From contig CAVNZM010000004.1 of assembly GCA_963693365.1 (NCBI GenBank), positions 4,590,564 through 4,654,563 on the forward strand: a stretch of 64,000 nucleotides of DNA. Reading direction: 5' to 3'. This DNA is from Amoebidium appalachense. Taxonomy: Eukaryota > Protista > Ichthyosporea. The notes below the pieces were generated by a model that searched no databases, was not told the origin of the DNA, and was given only the letters and a program-made list of their open reading frames with translations. Positions 34,161-64,000 of the stretch are shown here, piece after piece; the first letter of the stretch is position 1; each line of letters begins with the position of its first letter. Both the position numbers and the translations under genes were made by a program.

Positions 34161-36070
34161 TCACAGACTGTGCCACAACCAGCACAGTAGTACACCTTGC
34201 TCCCTCCCAGGTTTGTCTTGATGGCGCCACAATGCCCACACGTCTTGCTTGTGTATTGCTCGCCCACAAACACGACGGTCTTGCCCTTTTCCTCGGCCTT
34301 GTACACGAGGCGTTCCCGGAACTTGCCGTGTGCCCAGCCAGCCATGGCTCTGATGGCCTTGCTTGAGAGCTTTCTCGTGGACTTCATGGTCATCCGTGTG
34401 GTGTCCACCCATGGAAGCACAATCACGTCGTATGCATCAGTCAGCCAGCCTGCTGTCTTCCAGTGGGCGTCCATTTGAAGGTTTTGCACACGGCGGCGCA
34501 TGCGCACAAGTGCCCGCTTCATCCTGCGACGCCGCTTGTGCCCCACTTCTTTGCTGGCAGCCCTGGCTTGCAACGTGTCCATGTGCTTGAGTAGACGGCA
34601 AATACGGCCTATGTCGCCTCTGCACACATGGACTGCAGTACCGGAGGCAGGGTCGTACACTGTCTGGAAGGTGCGCACACCGGGATCGAGTGAGCATACC
34701 CGTGGAGGAGCTTGGTCGCCAACAGCACCACGAGGGGCTTGGTTGTCGCCCCTGGGCTTGCTGGTGGTGACTCGTAGATACACTCTGCCATCCTGTGTCA
34801 AAACCATGCGGCAGTCACCTGTCACTTCAGTCATTGTCAACGGCTCTGCTGCCCTAAGCCGACCTCCATCAGGACACATGCGTGGGGTAAACACTACACA
34901 CCCATCGGCTACCTTGAGGAGTGCACGAGGAGCGAGGATCGACTGGTCGCCCCACTTCTTGCTGCGAAAGCGCATCACTATTGGCCGTCTGGGTGCTCTG
35001 CCTGTCGCATATCGGCGCTTTGCTCGCTGTGATTTAACTGCCCACAGGAACTGGTCTACGGCATCCTGGCGTACAAGGCTGGGCACTTCTTTCTTGTACT
35101 CCTCTGTGTGTGGGATGGTGGTGTTGTTGACAAATCGCTCTCGGAACACCGTTCTGTTAGTCTCGCCGGTCTCGGCAAACAACCCCACACACTGATTGAA
35201 TATTTTGCGAACGACACCAAATGTCTTTCGCAGCCACAACACCTGCGCTTTGGTGGGGTGTAGACGTATGGACCGGCACCGTGTCAGCCCCTCTGCCTTG
35301 GCTGCGAGAGATGCCACATCCACCCCCATAGCCTCATAATCCTCCAGCGTGGAAGGCCGTGTCTCCCTGGCTTTCATCCCCATGGTCACCCGCTTGCTGG
35401 CGGTCATCTTCAGGCGCTTTGTGTGGTTTGCGGCGTCTCTTTTGGCCAGCTTGGTGCTTTCCATACTTGCGACGTCCGTGATGTTTACAGATGAAATGGG
35501 TGGTGACAGCAATGAGGTCTTCTGCGAGCTCTTCGTGGTCGGGGCCGTCACTACCACAGAGAACCACGACCTTGACGCCATATCGCTCAAGGAGCCACCA
35601 GAGAAGGTCGCCGGCGAGTCTGCAGAGTCGGTCTTTGTAGGTAACCACAACCTCTGCGACAGCTCCCTCGCTTGCTCGTTCCAAAAGGGACAGCAGGCCT
35701 CGCCTCTTAAAGTTGACACCACTCCCGACATCCGAGATGACCTCGTGACTGGGATACCGTGCACGGATAAAGTCAATCTGTCGCTGGAGGTCCCCTTTCT
35801 GCTTTGCAGAGGAGACTCGTGCATAGGCAATGTGGGCTCGTCGTCTGGGTGTGGTCTCTTCACTCCCTGATAGCTTCGCCACGTCATTCCAGAGGTACAT
35901 ACGGGTGTTTCCCGGGGTCCGAACGGAGCCAATCCTCCCGGTGTCTGCCCACCGTCTGAGAGTGGCAGTGGTGACACCAAGCCGCTCCCTGACGACGCCG
36001 GCTGGGACATACTTTGCGTCCTCGGGTGTGCCCGGGGAGTTACTGTACCTGTGTCCGCCCATAGCTGCAT
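34073..36070 (-). CDS. tnpB: Fanzor2 / IS607-type TnpB RNA-guided endonuclease
   Basis: RCRSIRLHPT..Q...L...FG.VR.IFN; RuvC-I SLDPGVRTF; VIVLP at the canonical RuvC-II position with the shifted Glu in VGEQYTSKTC; zinc finger CGHC...CAGC; RuvC-III DRDINGARNI; N-terminal PFWN...LWLPT.TD...SWFS. First ATG 36070, alternative 35731. Confidence 0.95.
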   Translation of the reverse strand: MQLWADTGTVTPRAHPRTQSMSQPASSGSGLVSPLPLSDGGQTPGGLAPFGPRETPVCTSGMTWRSYQGVKRPHPDDEPTLPMHESPLQSRKGTSSDRLTLSVHGIPVTRSSRMSGVVSTLRGEACCPFWNEQARELSQRLWLPTKTDSADSPATFSGGSLSDMASRSWFSVVVTAPTTKSSQKTSLLSPPISSVNITDVASMESTKLAKRDAANHTKRLKMTASKRVTMGMKARETRPSTLEDYEAMGVDVASLAAKAEGLTRCRSIRLHPTKAQVLWLRKTFGVVRKIFNQCVGLFAETGETNRTVFRERFVNNTTIPHTEEYKKEVPSLVRQDAVDQFLWAVKSQRAKRRYATGRAPRRPIVMRFRSKKWGDQSILAPRALLKVADGCVVFTPRMCPDGGRLRAAEPLTMTEVTGDCRMVLTQDGRVYLRVTTSKPRGDNQAPRGAVGDQAPPRVCSLDPGVRTFQTVYDPASGTAVHVCRGDIGRICRLLKHMDTLQARAASKEVGHKRRRRMKRALVRMRRRVQNLQMDAHWKTAGWLTDAYDVIVLPWVDTTRMTMKSTRKLSSKAIRAMAGWAHGKFRERLVYKAEEKGKTVVFVGEQYTSKTCGHCGAIKTNLGGSKVYYCAGCGTVCDRDINGARNILLRSCSQRLGTPQPLPVPA
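35334..36062 (-). CDS. tnpA: IS607-family serine recombinase/transposase TnpA
   Basis: MerR-like HTH (LGVTTATLRRWADTGRI..RTPG..RMY), catalytic YARVSS, DL.RQ, SDVGSGVNFKRRGL, YKDRLCR, EELAEDL...F....HG.R. Confidence 0.95.
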   Translation of the reverse strand: MGGHRYSNSPGTPEDAKYVPAGVVRERLGVTTATLRRWADTGRIGSVRTPGNTRMYLWNDVAKLSGSEETTPRRRAHIAYARVSSAKQKGDLQRQIDFIRARYPSHEVISDVGSGVNFKRRGLLSLLERASEGAVAEVVVTYKDRLCRLAGDLLWWLLERYGVKVVVLCGSDGPDHEELAEDLIAVTTHFICKHHGRRKYGKHQAGQKRRRKPHKAPEDDRQQAGDHGDESQGDTAFHAGGL

Positions 36071-36574
36071 CAACCAGCGACTCTTTACATATGCCCCGAT
36101 TATTTTTCTGACAACATCCAAAAGCTGCAAAATTGGCCAGTTTCACTCGGTAGATGTGGCCATGTTTATTGTAGTTTGTGTGTGGCTGGCCATGTCAAAC
36201 CGGTGACATGGACCACATTTTGTCATGTATGTGGTCGTTGAAAATTTCTACACAAATGCACAATTGTAGTGTCCACTGAGAACATATTGTCATTGTTGGT
36301 TAGTAGTGTTATGAATGCCATAAGCTGTTACACACACAGTAGATAACCTGGCTAATGTATCGGTAACTTCTAACACCCTTGTATGGAATTATCATAACCG
36401 TGTTTCTCCCCCCCTCCTCTCCCCCCTCCCCTCCCTCCCTCTTTCCACCTCCCCCCCCCCTCCCCAGGCCTTCTTTCTCCCCCCCCCCCCCGCCCTGTAA
36501 TTCGCCAAAGCCAAACCCCCGTTGCCCCCCCGGCCGCGGGCCCGCGCGGGCCGGCGGTGGCGCGTGGAGGGCGC

Positions 36575-37350
36575 GGTGCCAGGCTGTGCGTGGCACGTGC
36601 GAGCCTGTGTGCGCACGTGTGCGGCCTACTGGTGTGCGGCTGGAAGAGGGGGGGGGGAGAGACTTGGGCTCAAAACCTGCCGGTGCGTGGCACGTGCGAG
36701 CCTGTGTGCGCACGTGTGCGGCCTACTGGTGTGCGGCTAGAAGAGGGGGGGGGGGAGGGGAGGGGGGGGAGAAAAGGCTCGGAGCCTGCCAGCGTGGGGC
36801 ACATGCAAGCCTGTGTGCGCACGTGTACGGCCTGCTGGACCAGGTGTACGGCTAGAACTGGGGGGGGGGAGACTTAGGCTCGGAGCCTGCCGGTGTGGGG
36901 CACTGCCAAGCCTGTGTGCGCACGCGCACGGCCTGCTGGACCAGGTGTACGGCTAGCACTGGGGGGGGGGAGACTTAGGCTCGGAGCCTGCCGGTGTGGG
37001 GCACTGCCAAGCCTGTGTGCGCACGCGCACGGCCTGCTGGTGTACAGCCAGAAGAAGGGGGAGGGGGGGGGGGGGGAGAAAAGGCTCGGAGCCTACCAGT
37101 GTGTGGGCATGTGCAGGCTGATATATGCAGGTGTACGGCCGTGCATAGCCTGTGTGGGCCGGTGTGAAGCCTGCTGCACGTGCGTGTGCGCGTGTACAGC
37201 ACGTGTGAGCCGTGCATATGCACCGGTGTGGCCCGAGTATACCACTGGAAGCAAGGGGGGTGCAGGATCGGAGCCTGCGATGGCACGTGTGTGCAGGGTT
37301 CGGAGTGCAGGATCGGAGCCTGTGATGGCACGTGCGTGCAGGGTTCGGAT
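36575..37350. repeat. Subterminal degenerate tandem repeats (~85-100-bp and ~41-bp units)
   Basis: Recurring gagcctgtgtgcgcacgtgtgcggcctactggtgtgcggct / ggctcggagcctgccggtgtggggcactgccaagcc units; gcaggatcggagcctg.gatggcacgtg twice. Confidence 0.8.
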
Positions 37351-37404
37351 TTTTTGTTGCGCAAGTCGGCAAATTCGTGCCTGCAATTATGCGGAGGTCC
37401 CACA

Positions 37405-37513
37405 ATGCACCTCCTCCCTCTCACATGCTGGCACTCAAATCTCTCACACTCAAGCCCTCCACCTCCGCTTCTTCATGATTAAGGCAAAGCCCGGCAGGGC
37501 GTGCCGTTACTAG
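37405..37513 (+). mobile_element. Helitron-type 3' terminus (family B), copy 2
   Basis: Hairpin GGCA-AA-GCCC-ggca-GGGC-G-TGCC, CTAG at 37510-37513, followed by T and an abrupt switch to AT-rich DNA. Confidence 0.65.
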
Positions 37514-38395
37514 TTTGAATAATAGATCCAAAGTGGTCCATACACCCCGCTTATTCTAAGCAACCAATAGGAGGAGGGGATTAATTGATGTATTTTGATT
37601 GGATCAACAACTGTATATGATGTTTGATTGGTGTACTAATAATACATAGATTTAACGGAATGTGGATGACGTCACTGAAATGGGGGGTTCCATGCACGAC
37701 TATACAGCAGCCTTTTATGTATTTCATACAAAATATTCTAAATGATCAACGTTAAAAAATAAATAAATATTAAGCAACTATTTGATCTTAAATTTATTCC
37801 ACAAATAGAAAGTTGCTTATGTATACTCTCGTCGTTTGAACCGTTGTAATTCGTTGGGAGGGCTTGGGGAGTCTATAGATGAGTTTTGGCGGATTCGAAA
37901 GTCTGCAAGCCTGGAGCTCATTTCCGAACAGATCTGAGTGTTGCGTCATGCCCACGGCCATCTAGAAACACCGCCTCATTTTCGAACAGATCTGAGTGTT
38001 GCGTCATGCCGGTGTTTCTAGATGGCCGTGGTCATGCCGTCAATCTGTGACACGGTGTCCAACACGTGTACGTGCCATGCATGTGAGCCACCGAGTTCTA
38101 TTTCTGGGTAAGACCATTGTAATGATTTTATCAACAATGTTCAACATCCACAGTGACGCGTGTGCTACAGCTTTTTTTTTTAACATTGCAGCATAGGAAC
38201 GCCTGTGAATATCAAAGGTACTGGCAGCCAAATAGTTTATGAAAACTATATGGCCATGCAATTTCTTTGTGCCAATGCCGTACTATCTGTGCCAACATTT
38301 TTTTTTAGGGGAAAGAGAGAGAGAGAGAGAGAGATTCGAAGAGAAGGGGAGAAAGACTGTCATGTTCAGAGAGACACAGGGGGGGGGGGGGGGGG

Positions 38396-38482
<87 letters not shown>

Positions 38483-38976
38483 CTTGCAGGAGGAGGAAGA
38501 GATCTCGAGAGAGCTGAGAGTTAGGGAGCGAGAGGGAGAGAGAGGGAAGTGGAAGAGGGGGAGGGGGAAGAGGGAGGGGGAGGGAGCTCGAGGAGAGAGA
38601 AGGGCTAAGGGGGGGGGAGGGGGGGGGGGGGGGGGAGGGGGCGGGGCGGAGGGGGGTTAGAGGGAGTGAGCGAGGGAGGGAGGCCTCGGAGCGGGGGGAG
38701 GGGGCGGGGGGAGGGGGCGGGGAGGAAGGGCACGAGAAGTACATAGAGACAGAGAGAGAGAGAGAAAGAGAGGGAGAGAGATCAGAGGGGGAGAGAGAGA
38801 GAGAGAGAAAGAAAGACAGAAAGAGAGAGGGGAGAGAAGAGAGAGAAAGAGGGAGAGAGAGAGGGAGAGAAGGGGGGGGGGGGGGGGGATGGGAGAGAGA
38901 GAGGGGAGAGAAGAGAGAGAAAGAGGGAGAGAGAGAGGGAGAGAAGGGGGGGGGGGGGGGATGGGAGAGAGAGAGG

Positions 38977-39016
<40 letters not shown>

Positions 39017-39731
39017 ATGTTTGACAGACACCCACACACATAACACAAACAAGCAGCACACACAACAACACATACAGACGGACACACACACATGTATTTA
39101 GTGGACTTGATGATGATGGGATAGAGGGGAGGGGGGGGGGGGGGTGTGGGGGGGGGGAGTATCAAGAGTTAGAATGTACCGTGCGCCTACTAACTGGTGT
39201 ATACCGTTGGATGCTTGGAGCACCATATGTACGTATGATTATTTTAGTTCATTGTGCCTTTATAAACTGGCAGTCCATTCAATCCAAACACCCCACCAGC
39301 ATGGCACCCAACCAGCCATATGTACATGCATATCGATCACACATCTGTACTACATAATGGTCTTGAACTTTTAATCAAGTCATTCGATTTCTTTTTCAAA
39401 GATTATTACTGGTGCACACACATATTCATCATACTATCCCCCCCCCCCCCCCTCCCCCCCCCCCCCCTCCCCTCCTCCTCCTCCCCTGTTCCCCCGTCCT
39501 AGCATCCGGTACGATCTTGAATCCGCATTGCACCATCTTTATAGATCACATACACCATCGCTGCTACTTGCCAACATGCAACAAACATTACGGTCAACCA
39601 CACTCTTCACAGTCAAAGCGTGCACGTTTCTGTACATTAGGGTATTACATCAGAGAACCACATTCGTATCTGCATTTTACGAGCAAATGTAATCCAACAA
39701 GAACTCCTGGGATCGCAGATAACAATCCCCC

Positions 39732-39762
<31 letters not shown>

Positions 39763-39831
39763 AAAAAAGAACTTGAAAAAAAAAGAACTTCATTCAGGTA
39801 AAAATTAAACCTGTCGGTGTTTTCTGAGCGT

Positions 39832-64000
<24,169 letters not shown>

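Larger units (their letters stand above)
33977..36152 (-). mobile_element. IS607-type Fanzor2 transposon (~2.17 kb), TA dinucleotide at both junctions
   Basis: Contains tnpA and Fanzor ORFs. Right end fixed by the homology break with the 20505-20836 copy (TA 33977-33978). Left end inferred (TA 36151-36152) because joining the flanks rebuilds TAAACATGG-N9-CCATGTTTA. Confidence 0.88.

Noticed and set aside
36071-36146. ORF-track N-terminal extensions of TnpA and Fanzor
   Set aside because: They begin at non-ATG codons; first ATGs are 36070 and 36062.

Overview
Eukaryotic genomic DNA (probably a protist or early-branching opisthokont; not identifiable from sequence alone) with many short GT-AG exons and introns full of (CA)n, (GA)n and poly-G/C tracts. 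Most ORFs in the track are microsatellite artefacts. Left part: a frameshifted MYND-finger gene, an intronless secreted Ntn-hydrolase (choloylglycine hydrolase family) and a spliced TIMP/NTR-like gene. Right part (about 39.8-64 kb): one large multi-exon kinesin-7/CENP-E-like gene on the minus strand. The centre (18.1-37.5 kb) is an accessory cassette bounded by two copies of a 109-bp sequence ending in hairpin+CTAG (Helitron-type 3' end), with a second Helitron-type end inside and no Rep/Helicase gene. It carries giant-virus-like cargo (HNH-like, Bro-N-like, RING, SET, NPF-repeat proteins) and a ~950-bp inverted tandem array. It also holds an apparently intact IS607-type element whose serine recombinase TnpA ORF is nested entirely inside the Fanzor2/TnpB ORF in another frame. 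A second, deleted copy of that element keeps the right end/omegaRNA scaffold joined to a different guide. Element ends (TA core) could be inferred by comparing the two copies and rebuilding a hairpin at the empty site. All family calls come from motifs recognised by eye, not database searches.
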